Counted from the first letter of the stretch, positions 27,908 to 41,194 are shown. The stretch is 64,000 nt of DNA from Octopus bimaculoides (GCF_001194135.2 NC_068983.1:144464719-144528718), one strand, 5' to 3'. The notes: generated by a model not told the origin, from the sequence alone. Made by a program: numbers and translations.

Positions 27908-28759
27908 GTCTATCGATCTATTTGTGTGTTCCCGCGTATTCCCCAGACATGTGAACATACACACACTCTCTCTCACACGCTTATGCGCGCATACATGCAC
28001 ACACACACCCACACACACACACAAGCACGTATGTTGCTGCAGTATGACTGTGTATAAGATGTTCACTTTGTGATAATGAAGCCATGGTTTCCATTCTGCT
28101 GCGTGGCATTTTAGACAGGTTGATCTATCTATAATCCCATGTAGACCTGGTGATTGAAATTAGGCAGACGGAAACTGTATGGAAGCAGGTGTGATAGATT
28201 GTAACTCTAATTCAAAAATCCATCCCTGTCAAACAGTACGACACTGAGTCCGCCAGACAAATAAATTAAGCTGTACGAGTCGGAGGAATACTCGTCCATA
28301 TGCACTTTGAATCTGGTTGTTCATGTTACTGAAAATCTAGTTTTCATGTTCGAAAATTCTGACCTAGCCCATGTATATATAATCCCGCGCACAGCCACAT
28401 CCACAAATACATAACTCAAATTGAAAAGCTAAATAACTTCATCGCAACTTAAGTTTCTTGTTACAGTAATCATCAAGCGAGAACTGTTTGCTCTTCTTTT
28501 TTTTACGGAACCAGTATATCTGCTCTTTAATAATATCAATGCAATCTTATATTTCTGTTTATGATTCTTGACTCGATTGGTGAAGCTTTACTCTTTTTCT
28601 CTTCGGTTGTTTTAATTATTGAGTTTTCATTAGCTGGTTTCAAATTATATTTTATTATATTTTGTTATAGTCGATTTGCTTGGATTATTTTATTTATATA
28701 ATTCGCTTCGTCATGCGAATCATTTTTCTTATGCGTATGATATATTTGGTTTTATCCTC

Positions 28760-28805
<46 letters not shown>

Positions 28806-29336
28806 NNNNNNNNNNNNNNNNNNNNNNNNNNNNNNNNNNNNNNNNNNNNNNNNNNNNNNNNNNNNNNNNNNNNNNNNNNNNNNNNNNNNNNNNNNNNNNN
28901 NNNNNNNNNNNNNNNNNNNNNNNNNNNNNNNNNNNNNNNNNNNNNNNNNNNNNNNNNNNNNNNNNNNNNNNNNNNNNNNNNNNNNNNNNNNNNNNNNNNN
29001 NNNNNNNNNNNNNNNNNNNNNNNNNNNNNNNNNNNNNNNNNNNNNNNNNNNNNNNNNNNNNNNNNNNNNNNNNNNNNNNNNNNNNNNNNNNNNNNNNNNN
29101 NNNNNNNNNNNNNNNNNNNNNNNNNNNNNNNNNNNNNNNNNNNNNNNNNNNNNNNNNNNNNNNNNNNNNNNNNNNNNNNNNNNNNNNNNNNNNNNNNNNN
29201 NNNNNNNNNNNNNNNNNNNNNNNNNNNNNNNNNNNNNNNNNNNNNNNNNNNNNNNNNNNNNNNNNNNNNNNNNNNNNNNNNNNNNNNNNNNNNNNNNNNN
29301 NNNNNNNNNNNNNNNNNNNNNNNNNNNNNNNNNNNN

Positions 29337-29391
<55 letters not shown>

Positions 29392-29564
29392 TCTATGAAT
29401 ATGCATTCCGCACAAATGCATTTCAGATGTATACAGGAGATTATATCGATATTTTTCTATTAATATTTAATCCCTCTATTTTTATATCAAATGATTAAAA
29501 TGAAATCTATACAGCACACATCTGTTTTACTATACATTTGTACTATAACGTATCTAACTATCTG

Positions 29565-29633
<69 letters not shown>

Positions 29634-29874
29634 TTATGTTTATACACACACACATATACNNNNNNNNNNNNNNNNNNNNNNNNNNNNNNNNNNNNNNNNN
29701 NNNNNNNNNNNNNNNNNNNNNNNNNNNNNNNNNNNNNNNNNNNNNNNNNNNNNNNNNNNNNNNNNNNNNNNNNNNNNNNNNNNNNNNNNNNNNNNNNNNN
29801 NNNNNNNNNNNNNNNNNNNNNNNNNNNNNNNNNNNNNNNNNNNNNNNNNNTATATATATATATATATATATTTA

Positions 29875-30110
29875 AGAATGTATAAAAATTTATACACGGA
29901 GAGAAGACCACCATGTGGACATCTTACATGCTAAACAGGACAAACAAATCCTAAACTGCGAAAAATTATTATTATTAAAGGTACATTGCTTGTAAGCGAG
30001 CAGGACACTTGAATGAATAAAAATCTCAGTTAACCCTATACCCATGAATTTCACCATTAATGATCAAATAAATCAATTTGTTAGCCAATGAATTGATTAA
30101 TTAACCATCT
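29875..30110 (+). repeat. Diverged partial copy of the 30364-30807 foldback element
   Basis: aagaatgtataaaaattatacacggagagaagaccaccatgtggac... aligns in direct orientation with 30416-30650. Confidence 0.75.
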
Positions 30111-30363
30111 GTGGCTCGTCAGTAGAATCGCTGGAACATATATAATTATGAAACTATATACGTACCGAAAACACAGAGTAATCACATGCGCATTTAGTTC
30201 CATCTTTATACGTCAAGAATTCAAATCGAATATCCTCAAGCAGTGTGCCGAGTCAGAATAGTACAGCAGTGAATAAATTCAACCGTGTATTAGCTGGTCG
30301 AAGAGCTGAAATATTTAACTATATGAATATAAGGGTAAAAATTATCAAGATAATAATCTATAC

Positions 30364-30807
30364 CAGTGGAGAGCATGTATAATAAAAGTCAGAAGACATG
30401 AATATTTTGATAATATAAGAGTGTATAAAAAATTATACACGAAGAGAAGACCACCATGTGGACTTATTACATGCTAAACGGGAGAGTAAAATCCCAAACC
30501 ACGAAAAAAAATTCTTATTAGTGTCACATTGCTTGCATTCGAGCAGGAAAGTTGAATGAATAAAAATCCTAGTTAGCTCTCTACCCATGAGTTTCATCAT
30601 TCATGATCAAATAAATCAATTAATTAACCAATCAATTTATTAATTAACCATATGAAGAATGTTTTCTCGTGGTTTAGGATTTGTGTGTCCTTTTTAGCTT
30701 GTAAGAAGTCCACATTGTGGCCTTCTCTCCGTGCATAAATTTTTATACACTCTTATATTATAAAAATATTCATGTCTTCTGACTTTTATTACACGTGCTA
30801 ACAACTG
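30364..30807. mobile_element. MITE/foldback element with ~145-bp imperfect TIRs beginning CAGT
   Basis: 30364-30510 is the reverse complement of about 30660-30807; CAGT termini resemble Tc1/mariner ends, but there is no clean TA TSD. Confidence 0.65.
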
Positions 30808-30831
30808 ATATATATATATATATATATATGT

Positions 30832-31244
30832 AAAGTTAAAGAAGTGATGTCTTAAATTCTCAATCGCAGAATAATGCTAATAATATAGCCTGAACAGGAT
30901 AAACTATCCCTATTTTTGCCGATTAAGCTAAACTACCCACCACAAATTCCTCTGCAAATTAAGGTATATAAATCTCGCTTTACGTTTGTCGTAATTTGTA
31001 TTTAACATATGAGAGCGTCTCATAAAGCGAGATTTATATACCTTAATTTGCAGAGGAATTTGAGGTGGGTAGTTTAGCTTAATCGGTAAAAGCATCGTCA
31101 CATGTAATGACGGGGATGTGAGTTCGAATCCACAGCTAATCACCTACACTTTTCTCTGCAAAATAGGGATAGTTTATCCTGTTCAGGCTATATTATTAGC
31201 ATTATTCTGCGATTGAGATTTTAAAACATCACTTCTTTAACTTT
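30832..31244. repeat. Long inverted duplication (about 150-bp arms, 40-nt loop)
   Basis: 30832-30982 pairs with 31023-31090 plus 31159-31244; the right arm carries about 68 extra nt. Confidence 0.85.
31068..31140 (+). pseudogene. tRNA-Thr(TGT)-like sequence (tRNA pseudogene or SINE head)
   Basis: TA-GCTT-AATCGGTA-AAAGC D arm, CGTCA-CATGTAA-TGACG anticodon arm (TGT at 31103-31105), GTGAG-TTCGAAT-CCAC T arm with a 1-nt loss, and imperfect acceptor GGTAGTT/AGCTAAT. Confidence 0.5.
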
Positions 31245-31329
31245 CTATAAAAAGACATCTTAACGCTTCTAAAAGCAAACGTCGCTTGTTTATTTACGTT
31301 TGTCGTAATTTGTATTTTATATATATATA

Positions 31330-31500
31330 TCGCCATGATTGACCGCTAGCCACTAAAGCTTTGTTTTTGTTCTCTGTTTATGTTCTCGTGTTCCTTTCCG
31401 TTGAAGAGCGTAGGCTCGAAACATAAAAGACTTTCTCACCTTCCCGAGCGTTAAACTAATAAACATGTTTGTTTTTTAAGCACCTGGCTTTTTTTATCTT
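31330..31500 (+). repeat. Hammerhead-bearing dispersed repeat (family 2), diverged copy; motif at 31394-31430
   Basis: CUUU-CCGUUGA-A-GAGC(GUAG)GCUC-GAAA-CA-UA^AAAG; homologous to 34125 and 47733. Confidence 0.6.
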
Positions 31501-31578
31501 TTTATTCCAACAAAATATATATTTGTGAATATCCACCAATGTGGTGTTGAGCACTTATTTCTATCGTTCGACATTTAC

Positions 31579-31621
<43 letters not shown>

Positions 31622-31642
31622 CACACATACACACACACAAAC

Positions 31643-31717
<75 letters not shown>

Positions 31718-32318
31718 TCTCTTGGTTTTCTACCTTTTCTTTCCTTTCTTTTTGTCTTCTCGTTCCACATTTTGCATCAACCTTCACGTTCTGTCTCAAG
31801 TTTTCTCATGTACCGGTGTGGTGTTTTTCAAATAGGACTACCCATGTGCGCTGAACCCGCAATATTTCTCGTACGAAGAGAGACATATGCAAGTTTGTAT
31901 AGAAAGAGTTAAAACATGAAAAGTCATAAAATTTATAGCGTCATGTGCTATACTTATTAGAATTCGATATCATCTAAGCCTTTCACAGCTGTAGTGTAAA
32001 TGCAACATTGTCACGAAAATTTTGACAGACCATGAATTAAATGAACGATGAACATAACAGCAGATTTATGCAAATTTCTGTGACCTAAATGACTTTTCCG
32101 CGGTGTAATTATTGTAGCCTCAACGCAAGTCCTTGATCAAATTACTAGTTATATAAATGCAGCTTCGACATTAATACGAAAGATAAATACATGCGGATAT
32201 AGATATGCATACATGCACACATGCACGCATCCACACAACATACACATTTATACAATCTTGCATGCATGTATGTATGCATGCATGTGTATATATATATGTA
32301 TAGATATGTATATATATG

Positions 32319-32368
<50 letters not shown>

Positions 32369-32549
32369 CATAATGCGTAAGGAGAAATACAGAGATTGAT
32401 ATATACACGCATACGTATATGCATATGTACATATATGTATATATCTTTATCAATCAATCAATCTATTTATATATCTGTCTCACTCTCTCTCTCTCTCTGT
32501 ATCTCTCTCTCTCTGTATCTCTCTCTCTGTGTATCTCTCTCTCTCTGTA

Positions 32550-32661
<112 letters not shown>

Positions 32662-33657
32662 NNNNNNNNNNNNNNNNNNNNNNNNNNNNNNNNNNNNNNN
32701 NNNNNNNNNNNNNNNNNNNNNNNNNNNNNNNNNNNNNNNNNNNNNNNNNNNNNNNNNNNNNNNNNNNNNNNNNNNNNNNNNNNNNNNNNNNNNNNNNNNN
32801 NNNNNNNNNNNNNNNNNNNNNNNNNNNNNNNNNNNNNNNNNNNNNNNNNNNNNNNNNNNNNNNNNNNNNNNNNNNNNNNNNNNNNNNNNNNNNNNNNNNN
32901 NNNNNNNNNNNNNNNNNNNNNNNNNNNNNNNNNNNNNNNNNNNNNNNNNNNNNNNNNNNNNNNNNNNNNNNNNNNNNNNNNNNNNNNNNNNNNNNNNNNN
33001 NNNNNNNNNNNNNNNNNNNNNNNNNNNNNNNNNNNNNNNNNNNNNNNNNNNNNNNNNNNNNNNNNNNNNNNNNNNNNNNNNNNNNNNNNNNNNNNNNNNN
33101 NNNNNNNNNNNNNNNNNNNNNNNNNNNNNNNNNNNNNNNNNNNNNNNNNNNNNNNNNNNNNNNNNNNNNNNNNNNNNNNNNNNNNNNNNNNNNNNNNNNN
33201 NNNNNNNNNNNNNNNNNNNNNNNNNNNNNNNNNNNNNNNNNNNNNNNNNNNNNNNNNNNNNNNNNNNNNNNNNNNNNNNNNNNNNNNNNNNNNNNNNNNN
33301 NNNNNNNNNNNNNNNNNNNNNNNNNNNNNNNNNNNNNNNNNNNNNNNNNNNNNNNNNNNNNNNNNNNNNNNNNNNNNNNNNNNNNNNNNNNNNNNNNNNN
33401 NNNNNNNNNNNNNNNNNNNNNNNNNNNNNNNNNNNNNNNNNNNNNNNNNNNNNNNNNNNNNNNNNNNNNNNNNNNNNNNNNNNNNNNNNNNNNNNNNNNN
33501 NNNNNNNNNNNNNNNNNNNNNNNNNNNNNNNNNNNNNNNNNNNNNNNNNNNNNNNNNNNNNNNNNNNNNNNNNNNNNNNNNNNNNNNNNNNNNNNNNNNN
33601 NNNNNNNNNNNNNNNNNNNNNNNNNNNNNNNNNNNNNNNNNNNNNNNNNNNNNNNNN
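32662..33657. other. Largest assembly gap (N run), one of about 18 in the window
   Basis: N characters; most gaps are flanked by (TA)n, (CA)n or (GA)n. Confidence 1.
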
Positions 33658-34085
33658 TACCACCCCCTCTCTCCCCTCTCCTCCCCCACCTCCCTCTCCT
33701 GCTCCGACTCCTACTTCTCTTCATTCCTACTTCTCTTCACTCCTACTTCTCTTCATTTCTACTTCTCTTCACTCCCACTTGTCTTCACCCCTACTCTTTC
33801 TCTCCTCTCACTTACTCTCTCTCACTCTCTTCTCTCTTCCTCTCTCCCTCACTCTCTTCTCTCTTACTCTCTCTCTCTCTCTCTCTCACTCTCTTCTCTC
33901 TTTCCCTCTTTCTCACTCTCACTCTCTTCTCTCTCACTCTCTTTCTCTTCCTCTCTTTCTCCCCTCCCATACCCACCTTCCCCCTCTCTTACATCCACCT
34001 CCACCTTCCCCTTCCCCTTCATCGTCAACCCCCCTCATAAGCTCATCCCACCCCACCCCAACACGCTCCTACTCTACCCCTTTTC
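33658..34085. repeat. Polypyrimidine (CT-rich) low-complexity tract
   Basis: Directly visible. Confidence 0.9.
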
Positions 34086-34124
34086 TTAGCTCTCCTGTGT
34101 AAAATTTCTAACTTCCGGTCAGCC

Positions 34125-34330
34125 ATAGCTATGATTGACCGTTGACCGAACACTATTCAATTTTTTTTCTCCATGTTTTTCTCCTTGTTTTCTCCGTATT
34201 CTCTCTGTTGAAGAGCGTAGCTCGAAACGTTAAAGACTTTCCGTATTCCCGAGCGTCATACTAATACATCCTTTTGTTGTTTACACCACCTGTCCTCGTC
34301 TGTTGTTGTTTTTTCGTACATTCTCCCATA
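34125..34330 (+). repeat. Hammerhead-bearing dispersed repeat (family 2, PLE pLTR-like); motif at 34200-34236
   Basis: Highly similar to the reverse complement of 47733-47930; ends in (TA)n; UCUCU-CUGUUGA-A-GAGC(GUA)GCUC-GAAA-CG-UU^AAAGA. Confidence 0.7.
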
Positions 34331-35655
34331 TATATATATATATACATATATAGATATATGTGTGTGTATATGTATATGTATGTAAGTATATCTCTGTAAG
34401 TGTGAATGTATGTATGTATTTATATATATGAGTGTATCTATAAATACAAGTGTGTATGCATATAAGTACAGACACAAACACAAACTTATGCGCCCACTCA
34501 CACACACATTCATACATATGTCTGTAGGTCTATCAGCTTGCTCAGCATAGATGTATCATTGGGAAGCTAAAACAATGCAAAGAAACGCGTTGCGACCAGT
34601 GGTGTGTAGTGACAACCGATAGTCTGATCGATAGTGATACAGCGATATATACATACATACATTCCTGCATACACATGCAGACACACCACCCGCACATTCA
34701 CACATAGACACATACACGTGCACCCCCCCCCCCACACACACACACGCATATACGAATATGGCGGTGCTGTATGGGAACTTTGTCTATATGGTATTTTGTC
34801 CGTACAAAATTGCGAATAGTCAGTATTAAGAAATTTAAACGAAGCAAATTATATATAAATTTAGCTTATTACACGAAAATATTTTCGACTTGAATGAGTT
34901 CTTTTGAGTGTCTTTTACCGTTAACATTGTAAAAAAAAATGTCTCTCAAATAACATGCTTTCATTATAATGATAAGTTGTATCAGTTTGCAAGAAGTCTG
35001 AACGTAAGTCACTTCCTTTCTTTCACTTTAAGATAAGACGAAATGAACTCATCTTAACTTTTATTCAAATATCCTAAATAAGAATGTTATTGGAAAATTT
35101 TAACGATAAATATTTTTAATTTAATTTACATCAACCGCAAAACAGTTTCTTCTTTGTTCGTAAACATCACTTCTAAACCTTTTCTGCCGCAAATTTAATC
35201 TATTAGCCTTCATATAATCCCATCTTCTCTTTAACCTCTTTCTTTCTTTCCTTTATTTCTTTGTTCTTCTTTCACTCTTCATCCTATTGCCAACGATCTT
35301 TTGAACTATCCTTATAAGAGAACTGTTAAAATTTTTCGTTATAATGAAACCTTTCATCCTGAACTCACTTCTAATCTCTGTTCTGTATTGTTATCTTCAG
35401 AAACTGTTTCTTCTTTCTCTCTTGCATATTGTATTCCTATTTTCGTAAACTCTTTCTCTCTTTTTCTACCATATCTCTACCCTCGTACGTACTTTTTTTG
35501 CTTTTTTTTTTTTCGGCGATTTCTCATATCATCATACCTTCTGTCTAATTTAATCTTCACTTCATAATGTTTCCTTTCGGAAACGGTTTCTTCTGTTTCT
35601 GAACATGTTTTGTATTTCTTTCACATAATCAAGCCCATCTCTTTATTACCTGCAG

Positions 35656-35706
35656 TTATTAACTGGACATACTTCGATCCACGATATCAGATGTATCAAT
35701 GTCTCG
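35656..35706 (+). CDS. Candidate 51-nt frame-preserving exon (INWTYFDPRYQMYQCL or LLTGHTSIHDIRCINVS)
   Basis: Acceptor ctttattacctgcag|, donor TCG|gtatga; length is a multiple of 3. Confidence 0.25.
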
Positions 35707-37074
35707 GTATGATGTGCAGATGAGGGTGGTAGTGGGGACCTCTCTCATACACGAAATGGGCCAGCAACTGAGTAACAAGCACATGCAACAGTTGTGATAT
35801 GAGATCTTACCACTCAGAAGAAATGAACCATATAAAAGGATTGTAGAAAGGGTATATAAAGACACAAACACGCACACATACATAACTGTTGGAATTTCCT
35901 TTTTACATAAGAAGAGAAAAAAACTTCTTTTATAAACTTGAGTTTCTGTAACGTATTAGAATTTAAAGTCTCTCCAGTCATTCCGCAAAGGTTTTCGTTA
36001 GTGATTATTTCCACTACTGAGTAATAGTCTAACATTAATTCAATCTAAGTATATGTTCATACACACATATACATAAACTCTGACGCAGACACACACACAC
36101 ACACACACACACATACACACACATATGTGTGTTTGTGTGTTTGTGTGAGCAAATTAATTAGTCGCAGAGATAATATTCGTTTTCTCTAGTAATAAAAGTA
36201 AAGAATTTGTTGTCGCTTATATCAAATTTGAATTTATTGAGCAGAATATTGACTTTAATGTTTTCTTGGTCCAGCAAAGTATGTTTCATTTAGAAATAAT
36301 TAGACGTCATGCATTATTCTTCCAGCATGTTTTTAATTCAACCTTGGAAATAATTAGCTTCCTCGATTTTCAGAGTGTTTTAAATATGAAAGATTCCTCT
36401 TGCTCAGATTCATTTACATAAAATACATGCAAAATATTCTTTTACTGTAAACATTTGTTTTAATGGGAAAATGTACTCATGCGTCGCCGCTTAGCCCGCG
36501 TAGGTCTATGAGCTTTACTGATTTCGTAGGGTTGTTTGATTATTAGCTACGAACACAAGGTTCACACGTCTTGTGTGTGCATGTGGCTTCGAAGGTGAGG
36601 GAGTAATGTGAGGAGAAGACGAGTCATCTTTGCTATGCTTTATTGATTGTCAATTTAATGATATAAATTATGCTTAAGTTTCGACTTTAATGGTTTTCAG
36701 AAAGAAATGTAAACTTCACAGCCTCATAATGTTTGCTATAACGTTAGCAGTGTTGTGGTTCAATTTGATGGAAGTAGACACTAAATCTCCATCAATGTAA
36801 ATACAAAGAGCTATTGGATAATGCATCCCAGGATAAACGCTTAACTCTGAATATATAACATAAAAATAACGGCTGAACGCCGTTATTTTTATATCGTTGA
36901 CCATATGTCTTTTGATGAGAGTTAATCTGAGTTGGCACAGCTTTCCCTTGAAGTTATCTTCCTGTGTAGTAATTGGTGTTGTCTGATCTTTACTTATATA
37001 CCTACGACCGGCCACTTTTAAGGATTGGAAGTAAAATTTTAAGCCTTTTATAGAGTTAATATGTTATCTACAAG

Positions 37075-37325
37075 ATATTACTATGATGATAGAAAATATA
37101 ATAAACATGTTGGCTTGAGAAAATCGATGGCGCGTCAAACAAAATGCCAAGGCATTTCTTCTCGTTGTTTACGTTCTGAATTCAAACCACACCGAAGTCA
37201 ACTTCAGCATTTCAAGGTCAATAAAATAAAGGACCAATCCTATACTGTGTAGTGGCTGACCATAATTAGCTTTAGTCGTATTGTATCATTTATTACTGTG
37301 ATGGTGGCTCGTGGTTAGGGCTCTA
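37075..37325 (-). mobile_element. Degenerate SINE fragment
   Basis: Family-A-like B-box/body (gttctgaattcaaa...ccgaagtcaact) and an aataaaataaag...gtattgtatcatt segment; orientation and boundaries are uncertain. Confidence 0.4.
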
Positions 37326-38024
37326 CGCATCCTTTATATTGAGTGTGTATGTGTGTGTGTGTGTGTGTATTTATGGCTTCTGTAATTTGTCTTAATGTCG
37401 GATCTTTTGGCTATTTGGAAAGAATTTTCACTTCACTATTTTTATTGCGACTCTTTATCGAGTGTTTCTGTACGACAAGTTAATACAGACTGTCTGTTTG
37501 CTCCTTTTAATCCTGCAAATCTTTCAGGTGAACTTCAGGCTGTTTCTCCTCCTACATATACTGTTTTGATATCACTACATTGTCTTTCGGTGATTATATA
37601 TGTACTGCACGAAGGTTAGACTAGGTCTGAAGTAAACAACTCACATTTCGTAAGTAGTTGTAGTGTAAGTTAAATCTATGAATATCTTCAACGATTGCAG
37701 TGCTAAGTTAAACATCTTCCTGTGATTATAACTAGGAAATGTTATACTTTAAAAGTAATAGTTCCTAGTTAGTTTATATAAGGATGAATTTACGGTTGTA
37801 CGAGTTTAAAGTATTACAATCATCGACATGAGCGTGATAAAATGAAAGAAACAGTATACTATCGAATTAAATTAATAAATCCGTTGGTTGCTGCTGCAAA
37901 ATAAGTGTGTGGTTAAGATATATGATTCTGAACTAAATTATTTTGGTTTCCAACCCATTGCACAGCTATTTAGACAAGTATCTTGTACTACAATGTCAGG
38001 TATAATCCATCGTCCTGTCTAATG

Positions 38025-38068
<44 letters not shown>

Positions 38069-38647
38069 NNNNNNNNNNNNNNNNNNNNNNNNNNNNNNNN
38101 NNNNNNNNNNNNNNNNNNNNNNNNNNNNNNNNNNNNNNNNNNNNNNNNNNNNNNNNNNNNNNNNNNNNNNNNNNNNNNNNNNNNNNNNNNNNNNNNNNNN
38201 NNNNNNNNNNNNNNNNNNNNNNNNNNNNNNNNNNNNNNNNNNNNNNNNNNNNNNNNNNNNNNNNNNNNNNNNNNNNNNNNNNNNNNNNNNNNNNNNNNNN
38301 NNNNNNNNNNNNNNNNNNNNNNNNNNNNNNNNNNNNNNNNNNNNNNNNNNNNNNNNNNNNNNNNNNNNNNNNNNNNNNNNNNNNNNNNNNNNNNNNNNNN
38401 NNNNNNNNNNNNNNNNNNNNNNNNNNNNNNNNNNNNNNNNNNNNNNNNNNNNNNNNNNNNNNNNNNNNNNNNNNNNNNNNNNNNNNNNNNNNNNNNNNNN
38501 NNNNNNNNNNNNNNNNNNNNNNNNNNNNNNNNNNNNNNNNNNNNNNNNNNNNNNNNNNNNNNNNNNNNNNNNNNNNNNNNNNNNNNNNNNNNNNNNNNNN
38601 NNNNNNNNNNNNNNNNNNNNNNNNNNNNNNNNNNNNNNNNNNNNNNN

Positions 38648-38695
<48 letters not shown>

Positions 38696-39944
38696 GAAAT
38701 ATGATTGTGCGTGTGTATGCATTTACGAGTTGGTGTGTGTCTTGATTGTTGTATATTGTTGGTCAAGCTTAACCCCATGGGAAATGTCCTATGTTCAGAA
38801 ACATTCCGTTCATGACTACTCCAATATTTCCTATGCATAATAAAACACATTATCCAACGCACCATTTTGTATGACGGAAGATTGTGATATGAATGAGTTT
38901 TGGCTGGTATTTCTCAGTAGTCGAGCGACCATTGAGATGCGAACTCTGCGTTTTGTTATTGTTTACCTTTGGATTAATTTTGAAGGAGCACACTTATTAA
39001 GTGTATTATAGCTGTTATCTCTATATGAAGAGACCTGAACATTATTATTGATCATGTAATTTTAAGGCAGTAAATTGTTATTAGAAAATAAATACCTGCT
39101 ATTTTGAGCTGCTTTGCCTATCACAGAGGGCTCATAAACTTACTTTCAACAGTAGGTTGAGATTTGAGGAGTTGTGACTACTATTTTTACCAAATCAATC
39201 AAACACAAAGAGGCCTCGTAGCTGACTCGTTATGTAGGTGCTGTTTGTATACATGTGTAATTTTGCATATTGCTTATATGTGCGAGGGGCTATGTCTATA
39301 TGTCATTCTATACATGTGTTTGTTTTTTTTGTTGCGTGTATTTATGTCTGCTGTGATTTCGTGCGTGCTCTTGGTGTGTGTTTGTGAAATGACTTGTGAG
39401 AAGAAACATGAAAACTGAGCTTGCATATGAAAGAAAAAAAAATCAATGAAGGATAGAAATATTAATGAAATAAAGAAACGGAATTGAATTCTCTGATATT
39501 TGAAACGGAAAACATATTAATCACGAGAGGCTTGTACAAATGCATAATTCGAACAAGAATAAATTTCTGCCTAGAAAAGAATACAAATGAGCAGAAATGA
39601 CTGTCACCGTCTGCAATTGGCGCATTTAAACAAAGGAAGCTGTGACAGACATGTTCGATTTTGAGATTATATGTATATTTCTGATCGTATTTTTGAGAAA
39701 TATGTAATTAAGACGTTATATTTGGTTCGTTTCCTATGGAAGATTCTGTTCAACAATTTTAGTAATTGTTATTTGATAATGTATAAGCTAATGAGCAGTT
39801 TTCTAAAAGAAGCTATTTATTTTTTTTAAATGGTCCATGCTTAAAAAAAATCGATCCCAAATTTCCTTTCTCGTTTGCTAGATTAAAGCTTCTGATTTGG
39901 CGGTTGAATATTCCCAAATCTCTCTGCTGCATATGTGTGTTCGT

Positions 39945-39950
39945 GTGTGC

Positions 39951-40025
<75 letters not shown>
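39945..40025. repeat. (GT)n microsatellite
   Basis: Directly visible. Confidence 0.95.
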
Positions 40026-40027
<2 letters not shown>

Positions 40028-40659
40028 CGTGTGTGCGTGTGCGTGCGCGCGAGCGCGTGCTTGTATGTTTTACATGCTCATACATTGATTCTTTCAACCA
40101 TATTCTATCAACCACCATAATTTCATGAACGAGAACTCACAAATCTTCATTATCCAATCACAATACACCATTGTGATAATTGTAGACATTAAGGCTCTAT
40201 CGAGATTAAATACTCACCTTTGAACCCCCGTGACTTGCGGATGTTTAGCTCCTTAGTCCAAAGGGCAAACATATTTAGTCCAAACTTCGAGGGATAATCA
40301 TCACATCAGTCAAAGTTTGGGTCGTTCAAGTTATTATTAATACGATTTTGGTGTCGCTAATCGTAACTACGCTTCTGTTTACATAATGTATAGATTATCT
40401 CTTATAGTACGTATATAAGAATTATAAAAAAAACGGGCTTACTACAGACAGTTGGTTTATAGAATAAACAGAATTAAAGGAGTAAACGAAGTCGTTCCTA
40501 CATGGCTGATTAATCTGCTGGAAGTGACTAAAACATCTCATTTAATTAACACCCTATGTGTATGTGACTGTGGATTTTCATGGATGAGTTCAGAAATTGT
40601 GGTTAAGATAGTTTACTGGTAAAGCACGTTCACTTTCTCAATATTCGTTGTGTATTTGA

Positions 40660-41194
40660 TTAATGAGAGACGGAAGATGGAAGATACCGGAATTTTATTA
40701 ATCACTACAATTGTTCCGACCCATGTGGCATCGATCCCACAGGGATGGGATACTTAACAACTGGTTCAGGAGCATACGACGGTGTAGATGTGTCTCTTCG
40801 GGTGATAAAGAGATATAACTCGTAAAAAATAACAGTTCCGGAAGGTATCTTCTAGGTTCGTGTAAAGAAAAGTAGCAAATTAAAGTATATAGTTTCATTT
40901 ATATAGAAGATCGATAATAAAAAAAAAATAACAGATTCAAAAAAGAAACGAACACGTTAGATATAAACGTTAACGGATACTGATGTATAAACGCCCTCGG
41001 TTAGGTTGTATGGCGCATGTACACTCGTTCATACAAGCATCCATGAAGATAGCTACTTGATGTTTATAAGAATGGGGAGGTCAGAGCTAAATTTAACTCA
41101 ACTGTACTTTAAGAGGAATTGTACAAAGATGGGCCGAAACAATTTTTGTGATTAATAAAGATTTACGTATCTTCCATCGTTCGTCTCTCATTAA
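40660..41194. mobile_element. TTAA-flanked MITE with ~24-bp imperfect TIRs
   Basis: TTAA-tgagagacggaagatggaagatac ... gtatcttccatcgttcgtctctca-TTAA (2 mismatches). Confidence 0.6.

Noticed and set aside
35215-35625. Strand-asymmetric pyrimidine-rich segment that looks coding on the minus strand
   Set aside because: No sustained frame or motif.
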